Part shown: in pieces, positions 29,501 through 38,401 of the stretch
How the letters are laid out: each line of letters opens with the position of its first letter
Numbering within the stretch: position 1 is the stretch's first letter
Source: a bacterium
Lineage (GTDB): Bacteria; Patescibacteriota; Microgenomatia; UBA1400; UBA12108
Assembly (NCBI GenBank): GCA_043827085.1
Contig: JBDRPO010000022.1
Span: forward strand, 4,481 to 68,480
Reading direction: 5' to 3'
Length of the DNA: 64,000 nucleotides
Made by a program: the position numbers and the translations under genes
Notes under the pieces: generated by a model
Databases searched by the model: none
What the model was told of the DNA's origin: nothing
Seen by the model: the letters and a program-made list of their open reading frames with translations, nothing else

Positions 29501-31103
29501 GTTCCTCAAAAACCCACTGGTATTAATCCTTGCTCTGGCGGCCTTTTTACGTTTATTTATGCTGACGAGTGTCCCCCCCAGCCTCAATTGGGACGAAGTC
29601 TCGATGGGTTACACTGCCTACTCCTTGTCTCAAACTGGCATGGATGAGTGGGGTCAGCGGTTACCTTTATTATTCCGCTCCTACGGAGAATGGAAATCCG
29701 CGGTTTACATTTACCTCCTTGTCCCCATGGTCAAGTTTTTCGGCATGAACGCTTGGTCAGTCCGGCTTCCCTCAGCCATTGCCGGCATTCTCGCCGTCTA
29801 TTTGACCTACTTGATCGGCAAAAAAATCTACAGTGAAAAAGTCGGTTTATGGTCAGCTTTCTTCCTTGCCATCTCGCCTTGGCATCTCTTACTCTCTCGT
29901 CCCGCCTTTGAAGCCAACGTCAGCCTCACTCTAATCCTGGCTGGACTTTACTTGTTTCTGAGATTTAACCTAGAATCTAAAGTCTATCTTCTAATATCTA
30001 GCGCTATTGCGCTAGGCTTAGCTCCCCATACTTATAATAGTGCGAAGGTTGTGGTCCCCATTCTTGCCCTCTACTTAATTTGGTCGACCAAGTTGCACAA
30101 GAATCTCAAACAACTCGTCATTTTTCTGGGCGTCCTGACGCTCTTTGCCGCCCCCCTCTTTATTGACCTCTTTTCGGGTCGCTCGCAGTTTCGTTATTCG
30201 CAAGTTGGCGTCAGCACTGATATCAAGGGACTCAACGAATTTATTAACTATCGCAAAAATCCTCATCTCCCACCCATTGTTGGCAAGCTGCTTTTCAATC
30301 GCTACACTTATTCCCTCAGCCGCGCATCTTATAACGGCCTCTCCTACTTTAATCCCGCTTTTCTCCTTGTCGAAGCCGGTGACCACAACCAACATCATGT
30401 CCGCAATTTTGGTGTGCTCTACGTTGCCGAATTTATCTTTGTGCTATCTGGGCTTTTGACGCTTTTTAGCAAGAAATCCCGCCTCATCAACTTCTTGCCA
30501 TTAGTAATTATTGGCTTGGGCATTATCCCGGCTGCTTTGACCCGCGACCAAGGTCATGTCCTGCGTAGTCTCTTGACCCTTCCCGGTTGGCAACTCCTCG
30601 CGGGACTAGGCATCGCCTCGCTCCAGCCCTCTAAGTTCAAAAAATGCTTGCTTTGCCTCCTTATCGTACAAGCATTTATTTTTATGCTTGCCTATTTCAT
30701 CTGGTACCCGCAAACCTTTGCCCGTGACTGGCAATATGGCCACAAAGAAGTGGCGGGGTATCTGCGTCTCCACGAGAATGAATATGACAAAATCGTCATG
30801 ACCAAGTGGTACGGTGAAGCCCAACTTTTCTTGGCTTTTTATAATAAATGGGATCCACTCCGCTACCAACAAGACAACATCCCCAATCTGCGCTACGAAT
30901 CAGAAGGCAAAATCTGGCTCGATCAGCTCCCTGAATATAGTCTCGGCAAGTACACTTTCAAATACCTGAACTGGCAAGCTGAAGACAAGTCAGAGAAAAC
31001 TCTCTACATCGGGAAAGGGGACGACTTCTACATCGACTCGAAGATCGTCAAGACGATTAACTTCCCCGACGGTACTCCTGCCTTTGTCCTCGTCGAACCA
31101 TAA
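29493..31103 (+). CDS. GT-C (PMT_2-like) membrane glycosyltransferase
   Basis: NWDEVSMGY, DEWG, FRSYGEWK, RLPSA, SPW, SRPAFE, TY, R and WQYG motifs. Confidence 0.8.
   Translation: MLKFLKNPLVLILALAAFLRLFMLTSVPPSLNWDEVSMGYTAYSLSQTGMDEWGQRLPLLFRSYGEWKSAVYIYLLVPMVKFFGMNAWSVRLPSAIAGILAVYLTYLIGKKIYSEKVGLWSAFFLAISPWHLLLSRPAFEANVSLTLILAGLYLFLRFNLESKVYLLISSAIALGLAPHTYNSAKVVVPILALYLIWSTKLHKNLKQLVIFLGVLTLFAAPLFIDLFSGRSQFRYSQVGVSTDIKGLNEFINYRKNPHLPPIVGKLLFNRYTYSLSRASYNGLSYFNPAFLLVEAGDHNQHHVRNFGVLYVAEFIFVLSGLLTLFSKKSRLINFLPLVIIGLGIIPAALTRDQGHVLRSLLTLPGWQLLAGLGIASLQPSKFKKCLLCLLIVQAFIFMLAYFIWYPQTFARDWQYGHKEVAGYLRLHENEYDKIVMTKWYGEAQLFLAFYNKWDPLRYQQDNIPNLRYESEGKIWLDQLPEYSLGKYTFKYLNWQAEDKSEKTLYIGKGDDFYIDSKIVKTINFPDGTPAFVLVEP
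29968..30002. repeat. Highly degenerate heptamer repeat inside CDS
   Basis: acctaga-atctaaa-gtctatc-ttctaat-atctagc, with CTA every 7 nt. Confidence 0.45.
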
Positions 31104-31121
31104 TGGTTTATACTAATTCCT

Positions 31122-31904
31122 ATGGATTCAAAAAAGATTAATCTCTCGATCGCTCTGGCTGTCTATAACGAAGAAGAAACCCTTGGGGATTGTCTGAAGT
31201 CAATCGAAGGTCTTGCCGACGAGATAGTGATCGTCGACGGGCACTCTACCGATAAAACGGTCGAAATTGCGGGAAGTTACGGTGCCAAAGTCATCTCTGA
31301 AGAGAATCGAACCAACTTTCACATCAATAAACAGCACGCGATTGACGCCTGTGTGGGGCCCTGGATTCTCCAGCTCGACGCCGACGAAAGGGTGAGCTCC
31401 ATGCTCGCGGCTGAAATCAAGCAGATTGTGACTCAGTCTCCCGCTGGTCTCCCCGCCGCCTATTACCTCAAGCGAAGGAACTATTTCCTCGGCCGCTGGA
31501 TGAACAAGGGTGGCATGTATCCTGACCCAGTAATCCGCCTCTTCCAGCAGGGGAAGGCGCGCCTCCCTCAAGCCAGCGTCCACGAGCTCATGGAGGTCAC
31601 GGGAGGCACCGGGTGGCTCAGCAACGATCTCTTGCACATTGCCGACCCCAACTTCTCTCGCTACCTCCTCAGAAGCAATAGATACACTTCTTTTCAGGCA
31701 GATGATTGGCTCAAGGAAGGTAAAATCGGCACCGATTCCTGGAGTATCATTCTCTATGTGTTATTAAAGCCCCTCGCTCGTTTTCTCTCTATTTATTTCC
31801 GCCACAAGGGTTTCCTGGACGGCTTTCCCAGCTTTGTCTTTGCTTGGTACTCTGGTATTCATATCGCCAGCTCCTACGTGAAATACTGGGAAAAGAAAAA
31901 ATAA
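31122..31904 (+). CDS. GT2 glycosyltransferase (beta-1,4-glucosyltransferase-like)
   Basis: YNEE, VDGxSTD, WILQLDADE, RRNYFLG, YPD, VHE and GFLDG motifs. TATACT lies 7 nt before the ATG. Confidence 0.88.
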   Translation: MDSKKINLSIALAVYNEEETLGDCLKSIEGLADEIVIVDGHSTDKTVEIAGSYGAKVISEENRTNFHINKQHAIDACVGPWILQLDADERVSSMLAAEIKQIVTQSPAGLPAAYYLKRRNYFLGRWMNKGGMYPDPVIRLFQQGKARLPQASVHELMEVTGGTGWLSNDLLHIADPNFSRYLLRSNRYTSFQADDWLKEGKIGTDSWSIILYVLLKPLARFLSIYFRHKGFLDGFPSFVFAWYSGIHIASSYVKYWEKKK

Positions 31905-31908
31905 TCCT

Positions 31909-33522
31909 ATGCGTGCATTCATCAAATCCCACGCCCCGTATCTTCTTGCTATTACTTTTATAGTCATGTTTCTTACCCGCAATCTCTGGGGAACTCGTGC
32001 CTGGATCGAGACTCACGACGGAATCTTTCACCTCATTCGCCAGGAGGTTTTTACTGATGTATTAAGAACAGGACAATTTCCGGTTCGCTGGGCCAGCTCT
32101 CTAGACAATGGTTTTGGCCTGCCCTTATTCAATTATATCTACCCTGGTCCCTATTATCTGGGTTCCCCGCTCTCTCTCCTAGGCCTTAGTTCCAAGTGGG
32201 TCATCAAAGCGGTCGAAATTGGACTATATCTAGTCGGTGGCTTTGGGATGTATTTTTTACTATTCCGTAAGAATAAGTTATTTGCCACGGTTGCCGCCAT
32301 CTTTTATCTCACCACTCCCTATTTCCTCCTGAATATCTTTGTTCGTGGGGCTCTGGGGGAATTTATGGCCATTTCTTTCATGCCCTGGATTTTGCTTTCT
32401 CTGCAGGATTTGTCAGTCAGGAAAGGCTTACGTTGGTACCACCCGCTCCCGTATTTTTTTATGTTTATCGCCCATAATTTCTTGAGTTTTCTCTTCTTAC
32501 CCATTTACTTCCTAGTCGTCATGCAATATAGAAAAATATGGAAGACTAGTATTGCCAGCCTTGTTTTGTCGCTAGGTTTAGCTGCTTTTTTCGTGCTCCC
32601 CATGCTACTGGAGCGCAATTTACTGTTCTCGGTTACTAACCAGAATTTTACCTACAACTACCTCGACCATTTTGTGTATCCTATTCAGTTGATCTATGGG
32701 AAATGGGGGAATGGTCACTCCTACGCTGGCTTAAATGATAGGATCTCCTTCGCCCTAGGCTTAACTGCTCTTATAGCGCTCATCTGGGGGACCATCACCG
32801 CGATCAGGCGCCATAATCCAGACTTAACTCGCTGGCTTATCATTACTGGTCTGGTTCTATTTTTTACGCTACCTTTCTCGCTCCCAATTTGGCAACTCGT
32901 TAAACCGCTCCAAATGATTCAGTTCCCTTGGAGATTATTGTCATTCACCCCGATTACCGTTCCCCTCGTCAGTTTTTATCTTCTCTTAAGTCAAAAAAAA
33001 TCCCGTGCCATATATATAATCATCGGGATTTTGGTTGTCATTAGTCTCTATTTTGCGACTCGTTACTCAACTCCTCCATATTTTCAAAATAACGACCAGC
33101 TAGCTCAACAATTTTATATTCATCGTGACCAAACGACTACCTCCTCGCGTATTGAGATGTTGCCTCGCTGGGCACCGCTTAAAGAGAAATGGAAGGGTGA
33201 GGAGAATCTTCGTGTGGAGCGAGGTTCCTCATCCGTGACTTCAGTTACTTCAACTCCTACCAAAATTGTCTTTACCGCTGAGACAGAAGATCCAGACGCA
33301 ATCTATCGAATCCGCCGCAATTATTTTCCCTCTTGGTCAGTCAAAGACGAATCAGGCGCTTCCTACGACCTTGAGCCGACAGTTGATGGTGAGATCAACT
33401 TTACCGGCAGTACAGGGGGTCACACTTATACCGTCTACGTCGGTAGCACGAAAATAGAAATTTTGGCCAACCTTATTTCTCTCTTAGCTCTTATCTATTT
33501 GTTAAAATTGGGTTTCCGCTAA
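31909..33522 (+). CDS. YfhO/PTPS-related membrane protein (GT-C-like)
   Basis: THDG, GQFPVRW, GFGLPLFNY, RGALGE, HN, QFPWR and YFPSW motifs. Confidence 0.75.
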   Translation: MRAFIKSHAPYLLAITFIVMFLTRNLWGTRAWIETHDGIFHLIRQEVFTDVLRTGQFPVRWASSLDNGFGLPLFNYIYPGPYYLGSPLSLLGLSSKWVIKAVEIGLYLVGGFGMYFLLFRKNKLFATVAAIFYLTTPYFLLNIFVRGALGEFMAISFMPWILLSLQDLSVRKGLRWYHPLPYFFMFIAHNFLSFLFLPIYFLVVMQYRKIWKTSIASLVLSLGLAAFFVLPMLLERNLLFSVTNQNFTYNYLDHFVYPIQLIYGKWGNGHSYAGLNDRISFALGLTALIALIWGTITAIRRHNPDLTRWLIITGLVLFFTLPFSLPIWQLVKPLQMIQFPWRLLSFTPITVPLVSFYLLLSQKKSRAIYIIIGILVVISLYFATRYSTPPYFQNNDQLAQQFYIHRDQTTTSSRIEMLPRWAPLKEKWKGEENLRVERGSSSVTSVTSTPTKIVFTAETEDPDAIYRIRRNYFPSWSVKDESGASYDLEPTVDGEINFTGSTGGHTYTVYVGSTKIEILANLISLLALIYLLKLGFR

Positions 33523-33531
33523 AATCAACCT

Positions 33532-34566
33532 ATGCGTGTTCAAATTTCCACTTGTCCCATTCGTCAAGCCAGTCGCGTCCGCGGGGTGGGTATCTACACC
33601 CGCCAGCTTGAAGCTGCTCTTGTCAAAAAATATCCGGGCGATCAATATACTGTCTCCAGTACTCTCCAGAGCGGCATCGACCTCATCCACTACCCGTATT
33701 TTGAACCCTTCTTCCTCACTATGCCTTTAACCCACTCAGTTCCCGTCGTGGTCACCGTTCACGATCTGATTCCGCTTAAATACCCCGAGCACTTCCCCAA
33801 AGGTTTGCGGGGAACCCTCAAATGGCAACTGCAAAAGCTGGCGGTCCGTCGGGCTAACCATATTATTACCGACTCAAAGGCGTCTGCCGAAGATATTGCC
33901 AGAATTTTGCATTACCCCGCTCAGAAAATCTCTGTTATCCCGCTTGCTTCCGGCGCCGCGAGGACTACCACCAAAACCAAAGCCAAAGTGGTGGCAGACT
34001 ACCAACTTCCCGCACGCTTTGCTCTCTATGTGGGCGACCTCAACTGGAACAAAAATATTCCCGGGTTGATTCGCGAGTTTTCCAAGTTAGAAAATAGTAC
34101 CCTACACTTAGTTCTCGTCGGCCAGGCTTTTACAGCCAAGCCCCCTTCCTTTGAACTTCTTCAAGTGCAGGCTGCGGTTGCCGCCAGCGGCGCGAGGGAC
34201 AAAATCCACCTCATTGGTTACGTCCCGAGCCATCACCTCCCCGGTATCTATAGTCTTGCCACCATCTATGTTCAGCCTTCCTGGGATGAGGGCTTCGGCC
34301 TAACCCTTCTCGAAGCCATGGCCGCCGACTGCCCGGTCATCTCCTCCAGTCGCGGGAGCCTACCCGAAGTAGGAGGGGATGCTGTTATATATTTTAATCC
34401 AGGGAAGCCCGGTGATCTCACCGAAAAGCTAGCTACCCTCACTCGCTCTCCCGATGTTCGCTCGCAGCTAGTTGAGTTAGGCCGTCTCCAACTCAAACGT
34501 TTCTCCTGGGATCAAACTGCGGAGTTAACACATGCAATATATGAAAAAGTCTTGGCTAATCATTAG
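33532..34566 (+). CDS. GT4 glycosyltransferase (MtfB-like)
   Basis: RGVGIY, TVHDLIP, YVG...KN, EGFGLxxLEAM, SLPEVGG and FSW motifs. Confidence 0.9.
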   Translation: MRVQISTCPIRQASRVRGVGIYTRQLEAALVKKYPGDQYTVSSTLQSGIDLIHYPYFEPFFLTMPLTHSVPVVVTVHDLIPLKYPEHFPKGLRGTLKWQLQKLAVRRANHIITDSKASAEDIARILHYPAQKISVIPLASGAARTTTKTKAKVVADYQLPARFALYVGDLNWNKNIPGLIREFSKLENSTLHLVLVGQAFTAKPPSFELLQVQAAVAASGARDKIHLIGYVPSHHLPGIYSLATIYVQPSWDEGFGLTLLEAMAADCPVISSSRGSLPEVGGDAVIYFNPGKPGDLTEKLATLTRSPDVRSQLVELGRLQLKRFSWDQTAELTHAIYEKVLANH

Positions 34567-35635
34567 TATTTGGATTGCCATCTTAGTTGGAGCTATCTTC
34601 TGGACAGTTTCAAAGTATCCCATATACACTCCATCATTCCCGTATCATCAGACTATTGCCCATTTGCCCCGCCAACTCTCTATTTTGGGCAATTTCGACG
34701 GTGCCAATTACCTCTGGATTTCCACTCACGGTTACCCTATCAAGGGAGGTGAAGTCGCCTTTTTCCCTCTTTATCCCATTTTAATTAGCACGCTCGTCAA
34801 TCTCGGCATTGAGCCACTCTATGCTGCCCTTATTTTTAACTTATTCTGCGTTACAATAATTGGTTTATTGATCCATCAACTTTATCCCAAATTATCTGCC
34901 AAATTCCTCTTGCTATTTCTTTCTTTTCCGGTCAGTTTTTATCTGGTATCTGCCTACACTGAAACTTTATTTATTTTATTCTTCCTCACTTTTATGCTCT
35001 GTCTTAAACAGCAACGTTGGTGGTTGGCGGCCCTCATCGCCGGCCTGGCTTCCGGTACTCGTCTCGTCGGAGCTATCTTTGGTGTCATCCTCATTATTGA
35101 ATACTTTCGCTATCATCCTATTACCATTAACCATAAACTATTGACCATGTTTATCCTCTCCGAGCTAGGCCTTCTCGCTTATATGTATTTTCTCTTTACC
35201 ACCAGGGGAGATCCACTCTCATTTATTCACGCTCAACCGCTCTTTGGGATGGGTAGGTCTGGAGGAGAAATCATTTTTTTGCCTCAGGTTCTATATCGCT
35301 ATCTTAAAATGCTTTTGACCGTCGATACGATGAGTCTCCTATATTGGCGGGTCCTCTGGGAACTGCTGACCTTTTTAGCTTCACTTTACCTCCTGATCAA
35401 ATATTGGGTCAAACTTACACCAGCTGAACGGATATATACTGCTTGGGTGGTATTACTCCCAACTCTCTCTGGCACGCTTTCCTCTTTTCCACGCTATGCC
35501 CTTGTTGCTATCCCACTTTTTCTTGCCGTAGCCAAAGAGATCAAACCCATTTACCTGACTTTTATCGTCCTAGCCCAATCTTCTCTTCTCATCTTCAATC
35601 TTATCCTCTTTACTCGTGGTCTTTTTGTAGCATAA
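34541..35635 (+). CDS. PIG-V-like GT-C mannosyltransferase
   Basis: NFDG..Y, AFFPLYP, YTE, TR..G, GDP, Q and SFPRY motifs. Paralog of the C-half of the gene at 27638. Start is ATG 34541 or 34532. Confidence 0.75.
   Translation: MKKSWLIISIWIAILVGAIFWTVSKYPIYTPSFPYHQTIAHLPRQLSILGNFDGANYLWISTHGYPIKGGEVAFFPLYPILISTLVNLGIEPLYAALIFNLFCVTIIGLLIHQLYPKLSAKFLLLFLSFPVSFYLVSAYTETLFILFFLTFMLCLKQQRWWLAALIAGLASGTRLVGAIFGVILIIEYFRYHPITINHKLLTMFILSELGLLAYMYFLFTTRGDPLSFIHAQPLFGMGRSGGEIIFLPQVLYRYLKMLLTVDTMSLLYWRVLWELLTFLASLYLLIKYWVKLTPAERIYTAWVVLLPTLSGTLSSFPRYALVAIPLFLAVAKEIKPIYLTFIVLAQSSLLIFNLILFTRGLFVA
35117..35148. repeat. Degenerate heptamer repeat inside CDS
   Basis: cctatta-ccattaa-ccataaa-ctattga-ccat. 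Confidence 0.5.
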
Positions 35636-35642
35636 TTGCCTT

Positions 35643-36737
35643 ATGCCTAAAGCCTGGAAAATTATTATTGCTGTTTACCTTGGCCTCACCGTCATTTTCT
35701 ACAGCTATTATTTCTTTTTCAAAGAAACCAAACTTGATACCGTTTACAAAAACTGGGATGGCCCCAGCTACGTTATCACTGCTATTTCACTTTACAATCC
35801 CCAAATTGCCTACGATAACAACTTTATTCAGTCAACCGATATTAAACCCACCTGGACTTGGCTCCCCGCTCACTTTCCCCTCTATCCTTGGCTGATTAGG
35901 GCATCCTCTGCCATTGGCTACTTCCCCGCCATGCTCCTTATTTCTCAGATTTTCTCGCTCGCTACATTCATTGCTTTTTACGAATTTGTCCGAAGAATTA
36001 AACTCACCAACTCTCCGCTCCCCCTCACGCTTCTCATGATGCTCCTACCGCCTCGCTGGTTTATTGTCTCTCACATAGGGGCAAGCGAACCAATTTTTCT
36101 TTTCTTTATGCTCCTAATGCTCCTGTTCTGGCACCAAAAAAAGCATCTAACTGCCGCCATTTTTGGCGCCGTTGCTCAGCTTGCCCGCCCCCAGGGGATT
36201 TTGCTCTTTGCCGCCGTCGGTCTTTTTGCACTCTACGAAATGATCGTCAAAAAGATGAATATATATACCCAACTCAAAACTTACCTCCCATATTTCCTGA
36301 TTCCCGCCTCACTCCTAGGAGTATTTGTCTATTTTTACTTCCGTACCGGAGACTTTTTTGCTTTCTTTAGTGCCATAAGCATTTTTAAGCATACTCAAAT
36401 TTTACCTTTTACGGTTTTTACCTATCCCGCTCCCAACGTAGAGACTTATTGGCAAGAAATTAACGCCGTTAACTACGTCGTCTATCTAGCCTCCATCTTT
36501 GTTTTGTTCCGTCGTCGGCTCTTTCGCCTTGGTATCCTTGGCCTCATCTTCTTTCTCCCGCTGCCATTCCTGCGACACTCTGACATTTCTCGCTACGCAC
36601 TCCCCCTTATGCCTCTGGCCTTTATCGCCTTCGAAGACTTACTTTCCAGGCGCGAATTTGTGCTCGCTGCCTACTTCATGTCTCCGGCTATCATGGCCTA
36701 CGCCGTCAATTTTATGACCTTTAATCGCACCATCTAG
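35643..36737 (+). CDS. GT-C membrane glycosyltransferase, PIG-V-like
   Basis: NWDGPSY, AHFPLYP, SEP, RPQG and H.DISRY motifs. Paralog of 2913..4019. Confidence 0.72.
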   Translation: MPKAWKIIIAVYLGLTVIFYSYYFFFKETKLDTVYKNWDGPSYVITAISLYNPQIAYDNNFIQSTDIKPTWTWLPAHFPLYPWLIRASSAIGYFPAMLLISQIFSLATFIAFYEFVRRIKLTNSPLPLTLLMMLLPPRWFIVSHIGASEPIFLFFMLLMLLFWHQKKHLTAAIFGAVAQLARPQGILLFAAVGLFALYEMIVKKMNIYTQLKTYLPYFLIPASLLGVFVYFYFRTGDFFAFFSAISIFKHTQILPFTVFTYPAPNVETYWQEINAVNYVVYLASIFVLFRRRLFRLGILGLIFFLPLPFLRHSDISRYALPLMPLAFIAFEDLLSRREFVLAAYFMSPAIMAYAVNFMTFNRTI

Positions 36738-36752
36738 AGTATAATTTAACTT

Positions 36753-37526
36753 ATGCCTTATCTACTTTCACGCTGGTCCGAACTTTCCCGTCAACTCATT
36801 GGCCGCGAAATCAAGTCGCGCTACAAACAATCATTCCTGGGTTACGCCTGGGTTATCCTCAATCCACTCCTGCAAATGCTCGTCATGACTTTTGTTTTTT
36901 CCTTGATTATCCGCGTCTCTTCCCTGGGTGTTCCCTATGCCATTTTTCTTTACGTGGCGCTTTTGCCCTGGAATCTCTTTGCCAACTCCCTGACCCACGC
37001 GACCAATAGTCTGGTTGGTAACGCCGCCCTCATCAAAAAGATCTACTTCCCCCGTCAAATCTTTATCCAAGCTACCTTAATCGCCAAAATCGTTGATTTT
37101 CTTTTAGCCTCACTCGTCTTAGTGGCCTTTTTCCTCTACTACCACCTGCCATTAACTCTCAACGTTCTCTGGGTCATCCCGATTTTTATTATCCAAGAAA
37201 TCTTTACCTATGGTCTTTCATTAATCCTCGCTGCCGCCAACCTTTTTTACCGGGACGTCCAGCATTTACTCTCACTGATTCTGGTTCTCTGGATGTACGT
37301 GACCCCCATCATTTATCCGATTGAGATGGTGCCAGAGGCCTACAGATTTGTCTTTAAGCTCAATCCCATGGCCGTGATAGTCAACGCGTACCGCGAGTGC
37401 ATCTTGGGTGGCAACATGCCCAAACTATCTAGTTTAGGGATTGCCCTCATAGTCAGCCTCGCTACCTATTATCTCGGCAGGAAAATATTTATCAAATTAG
37501 AAGGATACTTTGCCGATGTCGCCTAA
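36753..37526 (+). CDS. wzm: Polysaccharide ABC exporter permease
   Basis: REIKSRYKQSFLGYAW..LNP, LIKKIYFPR, YRDV, TPIIYP and LNP motifs; about 6 TM segments. Confidence 0.92.
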   Translation: MPYLLSRWSELSRQLIGREIKSRYKQSFLGYAWVILNPLLQMLVMTFVFSLIIRVSSLGVPYAIFLYVALLPWNLFANSLTHATNSLVGNAALIKKIYFPRQIFIQATLIAKIVDFLLASLVLVAFFLYYHLPLTLNVLWVIPIFIIQEIFTYGLSLILAAANLFYRDVQHLLSLILVLWMYVTPIIYPIEMVPEAYRFVFKLNPMAVIVNAYRECILGGNMPKLSSLGIALIVSLATYYLGRKIFIKLEGYFADVA

Positions 37527-37553
37527 AAAACCCGGTGTACAAGGACACCGGGT
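37525..37553 (-). terminator. Intrinsic terminator-like hairpin B (minus strand)
   Basis: Minus strand reads ACCCGGTGT-CCTTGT-ACACCGGGT-TTTTT: a 9-bp stem followed by a U tract. Confidence 0.75.
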
Positions 37554-37565
37554 ATGTTAAACAAA

Positions 37566-37594
37566 ATAATACTAAAAAATCACTCACAAGTCAA
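37566..37594 (-). promoter_or_regulatory. Sigma70-type antisense promoter B
   Basis: TTGACT (37594-37589), 17 bp spacer, TATTAT (37571-37566). Confidence 0.6.
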
Positions 37595-37626
37595 AAAAAG
37601 GCTCGGCATACCGAAGCATGCCGAGC
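37593..37626 (-). terminator. Intrinsic terminator-like hairpin A (minus strand) with a cUUCGg tetraloop
   Basis: Minus strand reads GCTCGGCATGC-TTCG-GTATGCCGAGC-C-TTTTTTT: an 11-bp stem including one G.U pair. Confidence 0.8.
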
Positions 37627-37637
37627 AGATTAAGGCC

Positions 37638-37666
37638 AATATACCAGTATGATCAATCAAAGTCAA
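37638..37666 (-). promoter_or_regulatory. Sigma70-type antisense promoter A, overlapping the wzt start
   Basis: TTGACT (37666-37661), 17 bp spacer, TATATT (37643-37638). It lies exactly 72 bp from promoter B. Confidence 0.6.
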
Positions 37667-38401
37667 ACAGCTATCACTTTTGATCAAGTGTCAAAACGCT
37701 ACTTCAAGCAGGGTACTCGTACCTTCAAGGAGATGCTCCATGCCCTCTTTATTCGAAGAGAGAAACCAGGAGAGTTCCTTTGGGCGCTCCGCAACATCAC
37801 ACTAAGTATCGCTCCAGGTACAACCTACGGAGTGATAGGAAAAAACGGTTCCGGGAAATCAACACTTCTAAAGTTGATTGCTAGTGTTAGTACACCCACA
37901 ACAGGAAAGACTCTGGTTCAGGGTCGAATCGCTCCCATAATCGAACTCGGGGCCGGTTTTCACCCAGACTTGACAGGGAGAGAGAATATCACCTTAAACG
38001 CCGCCATGCTCGGCATGACCAAAGCCGAAATCCAAGCGGCCACTCCTGCCATTATCGACTTTGCCGAGCTTGCGGGATTTCTCGACACTCCAGTCAAATA
38101 TTATTCGTCAGGCATGTATCTACGCCTGGCTTTTGCCGTCGCCATCCACGTCCACGCAGATATCCTGCTTATCGACGAGATCTTAGCAGTTGGCGATGAG
38201 GTTTTTCAGCAAAAATGTTTGGCTAAGCTAAACTCACTCAAAAAAGAGGGGAAAACCATTGTCTATGTCAGTCACAATATCCACAGTGTCTTAGATTTTT
38301 GTGATCGAGGATTATATCTTGATCACGGCAAAGTTAAAGAAGAGGGAAATATCATAAAGGTGGTTAAACATTATAGTCAGGACATGGAAAAAGAGCTATG
38401 A
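37649..38401 (+). CDS. wzt: Polysaccharide ABC exporter ATP-binding subunit, without a C-terminal carbohydrate-binding domain
   Basis: Walker A GKNGSGKST, ELGAGFHPDLTGREN, signature YSSGM, Walker B ILLIDE and VSH; 250 aa. Confidence 0.93.
   Translation: MINQSQTAITFDQVSKRYFKQGTRTFKEMLHALFIRREKPGEFLWALRNITLSIAPGTTYGVIGKNGSGKSTLLKLIASVSTPTTGKTLVQGRIAPIIELGAGFHPDLTGRENITLNAAMLGMTKAEIQAATPAIIDFAELAGFLDTPVKYYSSGMYLRLAFAVAIHVHADILLIDEILAVGDEVFQQKCLAKLNSLKKEGKTIVYVSHNIHSVLDFCDRGLYLDHGKVKEEGNIIKVVKHYSQDMEKEL

Noticed and set aside
38007-38017. 11-nt match (TGCTCGGCATG) in wzt to the stem of hairpin A, as a possible sRNA target
   Set aside because: It is short, corresponds to common Met-Leu-Gly codons, and a similar string occurs near 19517. 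Chance is sufficient.
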